Below, piece by piece: positions 1 through 11,640 of a stretch of DNA of 60,056 nt. The DNA is from Isurus oxyrinchus (taxonomy: Eukaryota), in NCBI GenBank assembly GCA_026770705.1, contig JANJGN010000557.1, positions 3,945 to 64,000 on the forward strand. Reading direction: 5' to 3'. The translations under genes and the position numbers were made by a program. Below the pieces are notes generated by a model, which saw nothing but the letters and a program-made list of their open reading frames with translations, was not told the DNA's origin and ran no database searches. Each line of letters begins with the position of its first letter. The stretch's first letter is position 1.

Positions 1-820
1 TAGAGAGAGAGATAGAGCAGAAGAGTGTGATAGAGAGAGATTGTGAGTGTTAGAGAGGGAATGTGTGTGTGTGAGAGAGAGAGATAGAGCAGAAGAGTGT
101 GATAGAGAGAGATTGTGAGTGTTAGAGAGGGAATGTGTGTGTGTGAGAGAGAGAGATAGAGCAGAAGAGTGTGATAGAGAGAGAGATAGAGCAGAAGAGT
201 GTGATAGAGAGAGATTGTGAGTGTTAGAGAGGGAATGTGTGTGTGTGAGAGAGAGAGATAGAGCAGAAGAGTGTGATAGAGAGAGATTGTGAGTGTTAGA
301 GAGGGAATGTGTGTGTGTGAGAGAGAGAGATAGAGCAGAAGAGTGTGATAGAGAGAGATTGTGAGTGTTAGAGAGAGAATGTGTGTGTGTGAGAGAGAGA
401 GATAGAGCAGAAGAGTGTGATAGAGAGAGATTGTGAGTGTTAGAGAGAGAATGTGTGTGTGTGTGAGAGAGATAGAGCAGAAGAGTGTGATAGAGAGAGA
501 TTGTGAGTGTTAGAGAGAGAATGTGTGTGTGAGAGAGAGAGAGATAGAGCAGAAGAGTGTGATAGAGAGAGATTGTGAGTGTTAGACAGAGGATGTGTGT
601 GAGAGAGAGAGAGATAGAGCAGAAGAGTGCAATAGAGAGAGATTGTGAGTGTTAGAGAGAGAATGTGTGTGTGTGTGAGAGAGATAGAGCAGAAGAGTGT
701 GATAGAGAGAGATTGTGAGTGTTAGAGAGAGGATGTGTGTGAGAGAGAGAGAGATAGAGCAGAAGAGTGCAATAGAGAGAGATTGTGAGTGTTAGAGAGG
801 TGTGTGTGTGTGTGAGAGAG
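1..820. repeat. ~72-bp compound GA/GT satellite
   Basis: Tandem unit gatagagcagaagagtgtgatagagagagattgtgagtgttagagag..aatgtgtgtgt..gaga; first two copies start at 11 and 83. Confidence 0.95.
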
Positions 821-824
821 AGCA

Positions 825-1335
825 GGTTGTAGAGATAGGGAGGGTTGTAGGGACTGGAACAGATTACAGAAATAGGGAGGGTACTGGGGGTTGAAGGTTA
901 CAGAGATGGGGAGGGTTGTGGGGGTTGGAGGTGGTTACAGATATAGGGAGGGGTGTAGGGGTTGAAGGTGGTTACAGAGATGGGGAGGATTGTAGAGGCA
1001 GGTGGAGGCTGCCTTAGGGAGGGTTGTAGGGGCTGGTGGAGGTTACAGAGATAGGGAGGGTTGTAGGGGCTGGAGGAGGTTACAGGTATAGGGAGGGGTG
1101 TAGGGGTTGAAGGTGGTTACAGAGATGGGGAGGGTTGTGGGGGTTGGAGGTGGTTACAGATATAGGGAGGGGTGTAGGGGTTGAAGGTGGTTACAGATAT
1201 AGGGAGGGGTGTAGGGGTTGAAGGTGGTTACAGAGATGGGGAGGATTGTAGAGGCAGGTGGAGGCTGCCTTAGGGAGGGTTGTAGGGGCTGGAGGAAAGG
1301 GAGAGAGAGAGGAGGTTACAGATATAGGGAGGGAG
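825..1335 (-). repeat. 37-bp minisatellite (G-rich strand on +)
   Basis: Tandem ttgtaggggctggaggaggttacagagatagggaggg; reverse complement of the array at 3985-4610. Confidence 0.9.
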
Positions 1336-1479
1336 ACAGTCAGAGAGAGAGCCTCCAGGAGATAGAGAGCGATAGAGAGATTGAGAGACAGACAGAGACT
1401 GAGAGAGGGAGAAGAGAGAAGGAGAGTGAGAGAGAGACAGAAAAAGTGTGAAAGATGGTGGAAGGGAAGAGTGGGGAGG

Positions 1480-1835
1480 TGTTGGCCTGATGGTATTTTC
1501 ACTGGACCAGTAATCCAGAGACCCAATGTAATGCTCCTGGGACCCTGGTTAGAATCCCACCACAGCAGTTGGTGGAATTTGAACTCAATAAAAACCTGGA
1601 ATTAAAAGTCCGATGATGACCAGGAAACCATTGCTGATTCTTGTATTTGGGTCACAAATGCCCTTTAGGGAGGGAAATCTGCTGTCCTTACCTGGTTCTG
1701 GCCTACATGTGACTCCAGACCCACAGCAATGTGGTTCACTTTTAAAAAGTGGCCTCTGAACAAGGGCAATTAGGGTTGGGCAATAAATGCTGGCCTGGGC
1801 AGCGATGTCCACATCACATGAAAGAATGAAATAAA
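1480..1835 (+). mobile_element. SINE, HE1-like (elasmobranch)
   Basis: Dispersed repeat with related copies near 9350-9670 (-), 34570-34930 and 35780-36030; tail (attagggatgggcaataaatgctggcc...catgaatgaa) shared with LINE 3' ends. Family name is from recall, not a search. Confidence 0.65.
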
Positions 1836-2404
1836 AGGACAGAGAGGGACAGACAGAGTCGAGAGACACCCAGAATGAAAAAAACACAGTAAACACTGGA
1901 AAATAAACATTCTGGTCTGATCTGGTCTTGTATACCTTCAAATGGAACACCAGTAAAACAGGGAAATAAGAGTACTGGGCCAAACTGTTAGAGAGGGTCA
2001 CATTTAGAGAGAGAGAGAGAGAGAGAAAGAGGGAGACACTGAAAGAGATAAGGACAAGGAAAGAAAGAGTGAGAGAGAGAGACAGACAGAGACACACAAA
2101 GAAGTAGAAAGAAAGTGATAGAGATGAAGCAGGAGAGAATGAGGAGAAAGATAGATAGATAGAGAGAGAGGATGGTAGAGAAAGAGAACGAGAGGAAAAG
2201 AGACAAAGGCAGAATGTGATGGAACACTGAATCCTTGTCTATGCGTTTTGAAATCCAGCCCAGAACTATCATTGGAAGATTCAGCGAGTGTCCAGTACAG
2301 GGGACCCAGCCCAACCTTCTCATCCTGACCTTCCCAGTGGGGCTGAAGAGGGCAGAGAGGAAACCTTCCTCTGTTATTCTGTTGTCGAATAAACACAACA
2401 ATTC

Positions 2405-3015
2405 TGGAACTCTGCCCTTTCTATCTCACGGATTAGAATATAAGGGGGCAGAGGTCATGCTTCAGTCTACATAAAGCCCTGGCTAGACCACACCTGGAGT
2501 CACTGTGAGACATTCTGGGCCCCACACCTTAGGAAGGATATATTGACCTCGGAGGGAGAGCAGTGTCAGTTTACCAGAATGAGACCGGGACTCCAAGGGT
2601 TAAATCACAAGGAGAGATTAAACACAAACTCGGCTTGTATTCCCTGGAAGTTAGAATGTTAAGCAGGAGATTTGATGAAAGTTTGCATGATAATAAGGGG
2701 AACAGATTGGGGGCGATAAAGAGAAACCATTTCCCCTGGTTGGGGGGAGTCTGGGACTCGGGGTCAGAGCCTAAAAAGGAATTAAATTAGGAAGTACAAA
2801 GGGTGGGAGAAATTTGGAACTCTCTTCCCCAAACAGGAACTGATGCACGATCAAGTTGTTCATTTTAAACCTGTGAGACTGATAGATTTTTGTTATCCAA
2901 AGGTATTAAAGGAGATGGGACAAAGGCATATGGGGCGAGTTTGCAGATCAGCCATGAACTCTTTGAATGGTGGAGCAGGCTCGAGGGGCCAAATGGCCTC
3001 CTCCTACCCTTATGT
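2405..3015 (+). mobile_element. CR1-type LINE 3' fragment (decayed)
   Basis: Broken translation GLEYKGAEVMLQ..ALARPHLE..FWAPHLRKDI..LGLYSLE, typical of the CR1 ORF2 C-terminus, followed by a CR1-like 3' UTR. Confidence 0.8.
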
Positions 3016-3406
3016 AATAGAAACTTACCTGTCAGAAGCCAGTTTATGTTGATGTGAGTCTGAGTCGATGACTGAACCCAGTTGGTAACTTGTTCCATAC
3101 AAAGCAAGAACGTTCATGCCCTTCAATGTTCCTGGATAAACCATGAACAAAGCTGGTGACAGACAGTCTCCACATGGTAAACACTGACCGATCAACACAT
3201 GACATGGCTGTTAACCCCTAAACCTCAGCGTAAATCAGTTCCCCCTCGAGGCCCCTTGTCCGAAATAAAAGCAACGCACACAATTTGTAAAATAGTAAGT
3301 GTCTGGCAGGAAGGAGGAGCAATGAGAGGAGTAAGGGGTTAGGGGGCGTGCGCTTCACCTGATTTGCCGACATAAGAACCAGCCCCTATGTTTTTGCTAT
3401 GTTGTG

Positions 3407-3620
3407 TTGCATCAATATGAACACATATTTGCACAAGGTGAAGGGCGTTGCGGAGGGACTGATAGTTCTCGGCGCCAGACAGTCAATGTCCCAGTGACCT
3501 TACTGCTGGTCCCAGGCCAGTGGGACAGGGAACATCGACACTGCAATATCCAGAAATGGGTGTGATACCACACAGCAACCCACCCGCGGCTGTCCCCTTC
3601 AAGTGTTTCAGGTATAAGAG
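3407..3620 (+). promoter_or_regulatory. HAMP: Putative hepcidin promoter
   Basis: TTGCATCA 3407-3414, C/EBP-like TTGCACAA 3429-3436, GGCGCC 3471-3476 followed by AGAC, and TATAAGAG 3613-3620 about 75 bp before the ATG. Confidence 0.55.
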
Positions 3621-3689
3621 CAGGAAGCTCCTCTAGTTACAAACCAAAGCGTCAAAGCAGAGCCAGAAGATCAGAAGAGACAGGCAGAG

Positions 3690-3781
3690 ATGGGAAGCTC
3701 CCAGATGAAATGGCGACTTGTCTTGTTCACTCTGACTTTGCTGCTCTCCCTGCAGCTGAGTCACTTCTTCTCCTTGTCGAG
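3690..3781 (+). CDS. HAMP: Hepcidin-like gene, putative exon 1 (signal peptide)
   Basis: MGSSQMKWRLVLFTLTLLLSLQLSHFFSLS then AG|GTTAAG donor; hydrophobic leader, ~90-nt coding length, TATA upstream, 3.1 kb before the mature-peptide exon. Ends in phase 2, so joining is unresolved. Confidence 0.6.
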
Positions 3782-3984
3782 GTTAAGCTAAGAGATGTCC
3801 CTCTGGGTGAGGTGTTTCTTGCACATGACTCTACGTCTACCACCCAGATAGACTGGTCACTTCCGCAGTTTGATATTATTATGTTCGTGCCTTTAATATT
3901 GTCGCCCTCTATGAATTTAACATCATTTCCTTCTGTCGTTTCCCCTGAAATTCTCATTCTTGTTTTCAATCCCTCCTCAGCGAC

Positions 3985-4610
3985 TCCCTATCTCTGTAAC
4001 CTCCTCCAGCCCGTACATCCCTCCCTATCTCTGTAAACTCCTCCAGCCCCTACACCCCTCCCTTTCTCTGTAACCTCCTCCAGCCCGTACAACCCTCCCT
4101 ATCTCTGTAAACTCCTCCAGCCCCGACAACCCTCCCTATCTCTGTAACCTCCACCAGGCCTTACAACCCTCCCTATCTCTGTAACCTCCTCCAGCCCCTA
4201 CACCCCTCCCTATCTCTGTAACCTCCTCCAGCCCCTACAACCCTCCCTATCTCTGTAACTTCCTCCAGCCCCTACAACCCTCCCTATCTCTGTAACCTCC
4301 TCCAGCCCGTACAACCCTCCCTATCTCTGTAACCTCCTCCAGCCCCTACAACCCTCCCTATCTCTGTAACCTCCTCCAGCCCCTACAACCCTCCCTATCT
4401 CTGTAACATCCTCCAGCCCCTACAACAATCCCTATCTCTGTAACATCCTACAGTCTCTACAACCCTCCCTATCTCTGTAACCTGCTCCAGACCCTACAAC
4501 CCTCCCTATCTCTGTAACCTGCTCCAGACCCTACAACCCTCCCTATCTCTGTAAAGTCCTCCAGGCCCCACAACCCTCACAATCACTGTAACCTCCTCCA
4601 GCCCCTACAA
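3985..4610 (+). repeat. 37-bp minisatellite in hepcidin intron
   Basis: About 17 copies of ccctccctatctctgtaacctcctccagcccctacaa. Confidence 0.95.
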
Positions 4611-6107
4611 TCCTCCTGAACTCTTTCCACAGAAAGTTTTCTGATTTCAAGCTGATTTCAGTGGCAGTCTGTCTCGGTTATACTCAGGAGGCATGTTTGA
4701 AATCGAGCCCCCCGCAACTTTTTTGCAAAGCTGGGAAGAGGCAATTCCAAGGAAGTGAACATATCCCCACAGGAATTTTAAATGTAACCCACGCCGGGAA
4801 TAGTGAGAGGGAGACTGATCCAGCCTGGGAGTGGGTTAAAGAGAGGCTGGGAGTCGAGAGTCGGAGAGAGGGATGGAATGGGGGAGGGAGGGATTGGAAG
4901 AGAGAGACACAGAGTGGGACGGGGAGGGGTGAAAGGGAAAGAACATAGGTGGGAGAGAGTGACAGAGGGAGAAATTAAAGAAGAGATGCAGAGTGAGGGA
5001 AAGTGAAAAGAGAAGAGAGTGTCCAAGAGAGAGAAATTAACAGGAAAGGGAGAGTTACAGAGTGAGCGAAAGTTACAAAAATAGTGTGAGAGAGAGGGAG
5101 AGATACAGAGTGGGAGAAGGAGACAGGGGAGAGAGAGGGAGAGAGACAGGAAAAGGGAGAGAGGAGAGAAAGATTGGGAGAGAGGGCAATTGAGAGGAAG
5201 AGTAGGAGAGAGAGAGACAGGGAGAGGAGGGGTGGATGAGAGGAAGAGAGAGAGAGATATGGAGCAGGAGAACACCTCCTCCGGTCCCGATGTTCCTCCA
5301 AAATCTCTGAAATTACTGCATCTCCCGGGTCCCCCTGATTCCCATCGCTCCACAATTGGCGGCCGTGCCTTCAGCTGCCTGGGGCCCTGAGCTCCGGAAT
5401 ACCCTCCCTTAACCTCTCTGCCTCTCTCTCTCTCTCTCTCCTTTAAGACGCTCCTTAAAAACTGACATCTTTGACCAAGCTTTTGGTCACCTATCCCTAA
5501 TATCTCCATATGTGACTCAGTGTTAGACTTCTCTCTGATTTACGCTCCGGTAATGTGGGCTGGGACATTTTGCAATGTCAGAGGCGCTGTGTAAATGCAA
5601 GTTGTGAGTGTTATGTGGAAGGGAGACCCCAGGCGGCATTCAGTGCCAGAGACTGGAGTTATTGTGTGCAGACCATATCTAATCTCTCCGAATGCACAAT
5701 CGGTTTGACTGTCAGCCAAAGCATTTTTGATATTTGATCCTTCTAACTGTTTATAACCAGGCCTACATCAAACACCGAGAGGCTGGTTAATCAACAGACA
5801 CCTTAGAGGATCGAGTGAAAGACAAAGAGGACTTGCATTTCTCTAGCGCCTTCCAACACATCAGGACGTCCCAAAGTGTTTCGCAGACAATCAAGTGCTT
5901 TTTTCTTTCATGTGAGGTCACTGATGTAATGTGGGAAAAGAATCAGCCATTGGCGCACAGTAAGATCCCACAGACAGCAGCATGATAATGACCAGCGTGC
6001 TCCCAGTACTTGCACTGCAAGTGTCAGTTCAGGGTGTCTGCTCGATTCTCTGCGACTCTCAGCTCTGAGTTAAAAGGACCACCAGGCATAATTGAGGAAT
6101 GACCGAG

Positions 6108-6815
6108 CTATCGGAGGGTCAGTATTGAGGGTGTGCTGCATTGTCAGAGGGTCAGTACTGAGGGAGTGCTGCATTGTCAGAGGGTTAGTACTGAGGGAGT
6201 GCTGCATTGTCAGAGGGTCAGTCTTGAGGGAGTGTTGCACTGTCGAAGGGTCAGTACCGGCGGGGGGATGCACAGTCGGAGGGTCAGTACTGAGGGAGTG
6301 TTGCATTGTCAGAGGGTCAGTCTTGAGGGAGTGCTGCACTGATGGAGGGTCAGTACTGAGGATGTGCTGCATTGTCAGAGTCAGTACTGAGGGAGTGCTG
6401 CACAGTCGGAGGGTCAGTACTGAGGGGGTGCTGCACTGTTGAAGGCGCTGTCTTTCAGATGAGACATTAAACTGGGGCAACCAATCTGCCCTCTCAGGTG
6501 GATATAGAGGATTCCATGGCCACAATTTAGATGAAGTGCGTCAGGAGTTGGGGGGTATGTGTGGAGGGGGTGGTGGGGGCTGGATGGGTGGAGTTATGTC
6601 CACTTTCCTGGGGCAAACATTTATCCCTCAACTGACATTGGTAAAAAACTGAAAATCGGGGCCATTATCACATTTCTGTTTGTGGGATCTTGCTGTGCGT
6701 GAATTGCCTGCTGCGTTTCCTACATTACAGCGGTGAGCTCACTTCAGAAAAAGTCCTTCCATCAGCTGTTGAACATTTTGGGCCATCCTGAGGTGGGGAA
6801 AGGTGCTAGAGAAAT
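6108..6815 (+). repeat. 33-bp minisatellite (6108-6440) running into a SacSINE1/Deu-core-like SINE
   Basis: Tandem gtcagtactgagggagtgctgcactgtcagagg, continuing as gtctttcagatgagacattaaac...tgggatcttgctgtgcg...tttcctacattaca. Confidence 0.8.
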
Positions 6816-6906
6816 GCGCCATCCTCCTTCCAATGACGCGCCTGATTGAAATGATGCCTTCTTTCTTTCCGGAATGTTCTCACCTATTGTCCTCCTGCTT
6901 TTCCAG

Positions 6907-7023
6907 GGCTCCTTGCTGCAGCGCCAGAAGAGAATGGGCAAACAGCAGCTCTGCAGATTCTGCTGTAACTGCTGTAATTCGAGAGAATCAAATGAGACTT
7001 GTGGTATCTGCTGTAGATATTAG
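6907..7023 (+). CDS. HAMP: Hepcidin-like last exon (furin site + mature peptide)
   Basis: Acceptor cctcctgcttttccag|, phase 0, GSLLQRQKR-MGKQQLCRFCCNCCNSRESNETCGICCRY*. RxKR furin site and the C-x2-CC-x-CC-xn-C-G-x-CC 8-Cys hepcidin pattern. Too short for the ORF track. Confidence 0.92.
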   Translation, partial: GSLLQRQKRMGKQQLCRFCCNCCNSRESNETCGICCRY

Positions 7024-7379
7024 ACCCTGGCCTCATTCACGCAAGGTCATCCTGCACCATGCCACAGCCTCTCCCCTCCTTATCTACTGCTTAGCAATCT
7101 ATTTCACACAGGCCCTGTTCATTAATTCCAACTGAAACATTACCTGCGTTTTACAGCAGGGAAAGAAGCCATTTGGCCCATCTGCTCCATGCTGGTGTTT
7201 CTGCTCCACACGAGTCTCCGCCCACCCCTTCTCCATCTCACCCCATCACCATATCCTTCTATTCATTTCTCCCTCGTGTGTTTATCCAGCTTCCCCTTAA
7301 ATACATCGACACTATTCACCTCACGTGACTGTGTTTGTGTCTGTCTTTATGAGCGTGTGTGTGTGTGTGTGTGACTGTC

Positions 7380-7830
7380 AATATGTGTGTGTCAATGTGA
7401 ATGAGTGAGTGTGTCAGTGTGTCTGTGTGGGTGTGTGTGACTGTCAGTGTGTGTCAATGTGAATAAGTGAGTGTGTCAGTGTGTCTGTGTGGGTGTGTGT
7501 GACTGTGTCAGTGTGTGTCAATGTGAATGAGTGAGTGTGTCAGTGTGTCTGTGTGGGTGTGTGTGACTGTGTCAGTGTGTGTCAATGTGAATGAGTGAGT
7601 GTGTCAGTGTGTCTGTGTGGGTGTGTGTGACTGTGTCAGTGTGTGTCAATGTGAATGAGTGAGTGTGTCAGTGTGTCTGTGTGGGTGTGTGTGACTGTGT
7701 CAGTGTGTGTCAATGTGAATGAGTGAGTGTGTCAGTGTGTCTGTGTGGGTGTGTGTGACTGTGTCAGTGTGTGTCAATGTGAATGAGTGAGTGTGTCAGT
7801 GTGTCTGTGTGGGTGTGGGTGTGTGAGTGT
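7380..7830. repeat. ~62-bp GT-rich minisatellite
   Basis: Tandem gtgtcaatgtgaatgagtgagtgtgtcagtgtgtctgtgtgggtgtgtgtgact.. Confidence 0.9.
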
Positions 7831-9679
7831 GCAAGTGAATGTGTGAGGAATCTTATGACTAAGTCATTTGAATGGATGTTACTGGGGTTAATGATAGTTA
7901 AAATTCAGAGAGATGTAAAGCGGGCTCCTGATTTTGCTGCTTTATGCTCCCGGGCACAGATTCACCCCGACAATGTGTTCATGATTCACCATTATCTTGT
8001 CGGGACTTTAATTGTAAAGATTATGATTTGTAAAAAAAAATGAATAAACAACTTCTGTCTTCACAAAGTGTCTGGCCTGGTATTTCAGGCTACTTGTCTC
8101 CCCCTCACCCTCCCCCCCCACCATGCCCCCCACACCAGGGAACAATTGTCCCCCCTTCCTCTGAAGTTCTGGGTAAAGATCAGCTTTGTTCAATGCAAGC
8201 TGTTCCGACATCGAGAACGTTGTTACAAATATCTCACAAAGGGCACACGCCATGATAGCCCACTTTCAACAGATTTTACCAGTTGACCAGGTTGAAAACC
8301 TTTTCATAAACCACAACGTAGGTGTTCAATTCTTGCTGCTGTTTGCTTAATGCTCTCATAACTGCTATAACCTCTCTAGTTCCACTACATAACAACACAA
8401 ACATAAATAAACAGAAGCAGGAGTAGGCCTTTTGGCCCCCCAAGCCAGCTTGTCCATTCAATTTGAACCTGGCTCCTGCTGAAAGTTATTTAAGTTGAAG
8501 CAATAAAGCCATCAGGTGCAGGGATTAAAATGTAAGCAAAGGAAAAATAATACTTAGAGATGAGAGTTAAAATCAGTTTCTGTCAAGTATTATAGTGAGG
8601 CCCATTGCTCTGGATTCCTTCTTTCCAGAGTGAAGGGTTTGAAACTAGGAGTCACATTCAGCAGCTGCATTGTCTTCTCTAGTCGACTGTTTGGAGGTTG
8701 CCTGTAGATGTGAATCAGCAGGTCAGCAGCTTTGAGGAGTGAGTGAAGGTCCCTTTTATTTACAGGATCTGCCACAGGATGTGCAGGAATATTCCTGCTG
8801 AATCCCCCATCCTTGTATTCATGAAGGTTTTGAAACTGGAAGTCATATTCAGCAGCTGCAATGGCCTTTGTAGTCAACTGTCTGGAGGTTGCCTGTACAG
8901 GTGGACTCGGCATGTCAACAGCTTTGTTGGGCAGGGGACACGGGTAGTGAAGGTCCCTTTTCTTTAAAGGCTCTGCCAGTGCAAAACTTGATGATCCTGG
9001 GTCAAAATCATGTATCTCCCTCCCCAACAGCACTGTGGGTGTGACCTATGGAGGGTCCTTGGCTTCGACAAGCAGCCTACCAGCTCTGCTCTCAATTCCT
9101 CTTCGCACTTGCTTCCTTCCTCCTCTGGTCTTTACTTTGTTATAGTGTTAGTGTCCGCTCTGCCTTTTTTGTTGCTTTCCCAATTCTTCCCACCAACTCT
9201 CTCTGGCTTGATCCTTCTCTGTGCTCATCTCATTGGTTTGAGTTTCTATCCGTTCATTGACCTGGTGTAATCTGAAACTGGTGCAATCAGGTAGGGGTGG
9301 GGGGGTTGGCGCTGGCCGTGGGTGGTGATACACGGCTACCTTTTTACCAAAATTCTTTCACGGGATGTGGACAGCGTTTGTTACCTGTTCCTGACTGACC
9401 CCTTGAGAAGGGGGTGCTGAGCTGCCTTTTCGAAGTGCTGCAGTTCGCCTGGTTTGACTGGTCTGTGGCGGGTTTTGATATAACTCAGTGGCTTGCTCGG
9501 CCATTTCAGGGGCCAGTTAAGAGTCAACCACATTGCTGCGGGTCAGGAGTCACACGTAGGCCAGAATGGGTAAGGACGGCAGGTTTCCTTCCCCAAAGGG
9601 CATTAGTGACCCAGATGGGTTTTTGCAACAATTGGCCTTAGTTTCATGGTCACCATTACTGAGACTAGCTTCGCATTCC

Positions 9680-11640
9680 AGATGTCACATCCAGTCGTGG
9701 ACAATTAAACAACTCACTGGAGGAGGAGGCTCCACAAATATCCCCATCCTCAATGATGGAGGAACCCAGCACATCGGTGCAAAAGACAAGACTGAAGCAT
9801 GCGCAACAATCTTCAGCCAGAAGTGCTGAGTGGGTGATCCATCTCGGCCTCCTCCGGAGGTCCCCAGCATCAGAGATGCCAATCTTTAGCCAATTCAATT
9901 AATTCCATGTGACATCAAGAAAGGGCTGAAGGCACTGGATATTGCAAAGGCTCCAGGCCCTGACAATATTCTGGCAATAGTACTGAAGACTTGTGCTCCA
10001 GAACTTGCTGCACCCCTAGCCAAGCTTTTCTGGAATTTTCTAGTACAGCTGCAACACTGGCAACTACCTGGCTATGGGGTACGTCCTGTACACAAAAAGC
10101 AGGACAAATCCAACCCAGCCAATTCCCCAGCAGTCTATTCTTGATCATTACTAAAGTGATGGAAAGGGTCATCAACAGCGCTTGCAAGCAGCACCTGCTT
10201 AGCAAGAACCTGCTCACTGACGCTCAGTTTGTGTTCCACCAGGATCATTCAGCTCCTGGCCTCATTACAGCCTTGGTTCAAACATGCACAAATGAGCTGA
10301 ACTCCAGAGGTGAGAGGGACTGCCCTTGACATCAAGGCAGCATTTGACTGAGTGTGGCAAATCAAGGAGCCCGAGCAAAACTGGAGTCAATGGGAATAGG
10401 GGGAAAACTCCCCGCTGCTTGGAGTCATACCCAGCACAAAGGACGATGGTTGTGATTGTTGGGGGTCAATCATCTCTGTTCCAGGACATCACTGCAGGAG
10501 TTACTCAGGGTAGTGTCCTAGGCTCAAACATCTTCAACTACTTCATCAATGACCTTCCTTCCATCATAAGGTCAGAAGTGGGGATGTTTGCTGATGTTTG
10601 CACAATGTTCAGCACCATTCACGGCTCCTCAGATACTGAAGCAAGTTATGTCCAAATGCAGCAAGACCTGGATAACATCCAGGCTTGGGCTGACAGGTGA
10701 CAAGTAACATTCATGCCACACAAGTACCTGGCAATGACCAGCTCCAACAAGAGAGAATCTAATTGAAGGTGCAGAAAATTTGGATTTATGTTCAAGAGCC
10801 AGCCAGGACCAGCAGCTAGGGCGCCAAAGCGTACACATCCTTACGTGAAAACTTAAAAACCTGTACAAAGGGCTCAGTTGGAAATTTGCAATGAGGAAAT
10901 GGGAGACACACACACAAGGACACTGGGTGACTCAATCAAGAAATGGGGAAGGTTATTTCACACCGTCCGATGGCCTTGAACCACATCCAGTCAGCCCCCG
11001 GAAACCTTTTGCATTGAACAAACATAGATTCTTTGCTGTCTCAAAAGGACAATAGCCAGTCTCTGCCCTGTAATTACTGTACAAGAACACAATTATCAGC
11101 CCACCGGAGGGTCATTGTGCTGTGGCCTTTGTCTAACTAATACCATTACCTTGTAACTGAGAGTAAAAAATATATAAACTGTGCTCATTTGAACCTCGGT
11201 GGAGAAGCACCTGTACTGCCCAGCGTTTGCTCCCCACATGCCTAATAAAGGAACCACTTGAATATTGCATCTGGAGTCCGAGTGTTGAAATTTTGTACCA
11301 GAATATTCCACAGACCATTCATAACCATCGCCCCTTGACATTCAATGGCATTACCATCAATGAATCCCCCAATATCAACATCCTGGGAGTTACCATTGAG
11401 CAGAAACTGAACTGGACCAGCCATATAAACACTATGGCTGCAAGAGCAGGTCAGAGGCTGGGAACCCTGCAGACAGTAACTCACCTCCTGACTCCCCAAA
11501 GCCTGTCCACCATCTACAACGCACAAGTCAGGAGTGTGATGGAATACTCTCCACATGCCTGGATGAGTGCAGCTGCAACAACACTCAAGAAGCTCGACAC
11601 CATCCAGGACAAAGCAGCCCGATTGATTGGCTCCCCTTCC
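9680..11640 (+). mobile_element. Decayed non-LTR retrotransposon (CR1/L2-group RT), interrupted by a solo LTR
   Basis: Fragmented RT motifs GVTQGSVLG..F..FINDLP, MFADVC, QQDLDNIQAWAD, LGVTIEQKLNWTSHI, VRSVMEYSPHAW; many stops and frameshifts. Confidence 0.9.
10764..11321 (+). mobile_element. Solo LTR inserted into the LINE
   Basis: 558 bp, TGAA...TTCA termini, flanks TAAT/TAAC, internal TATATAA and AATAAA; splits the LINE sequence gagaatctaac|catc. Confidence 0.7.

Noticed and set aside
3710-4036. 108-aa ORF MATCLVHS... and the overlapping minus ORF 3727-3969
   Set aside because: Alternative frames over the hepcidin leader exon that run into LINE or minisatellite sequence.
4633-4783. Candidate hepcidin exon 2 after ctctttccacag
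   Set aside because: Phases fit but the donor is weak (AAT|GTAACC) and the peptide does not look like a hepcidin pro-region.
6803-7135. 110-aa ORF
   Set aside because: Wrong frame over the hepcidin last exon; starts in a SINE tail.
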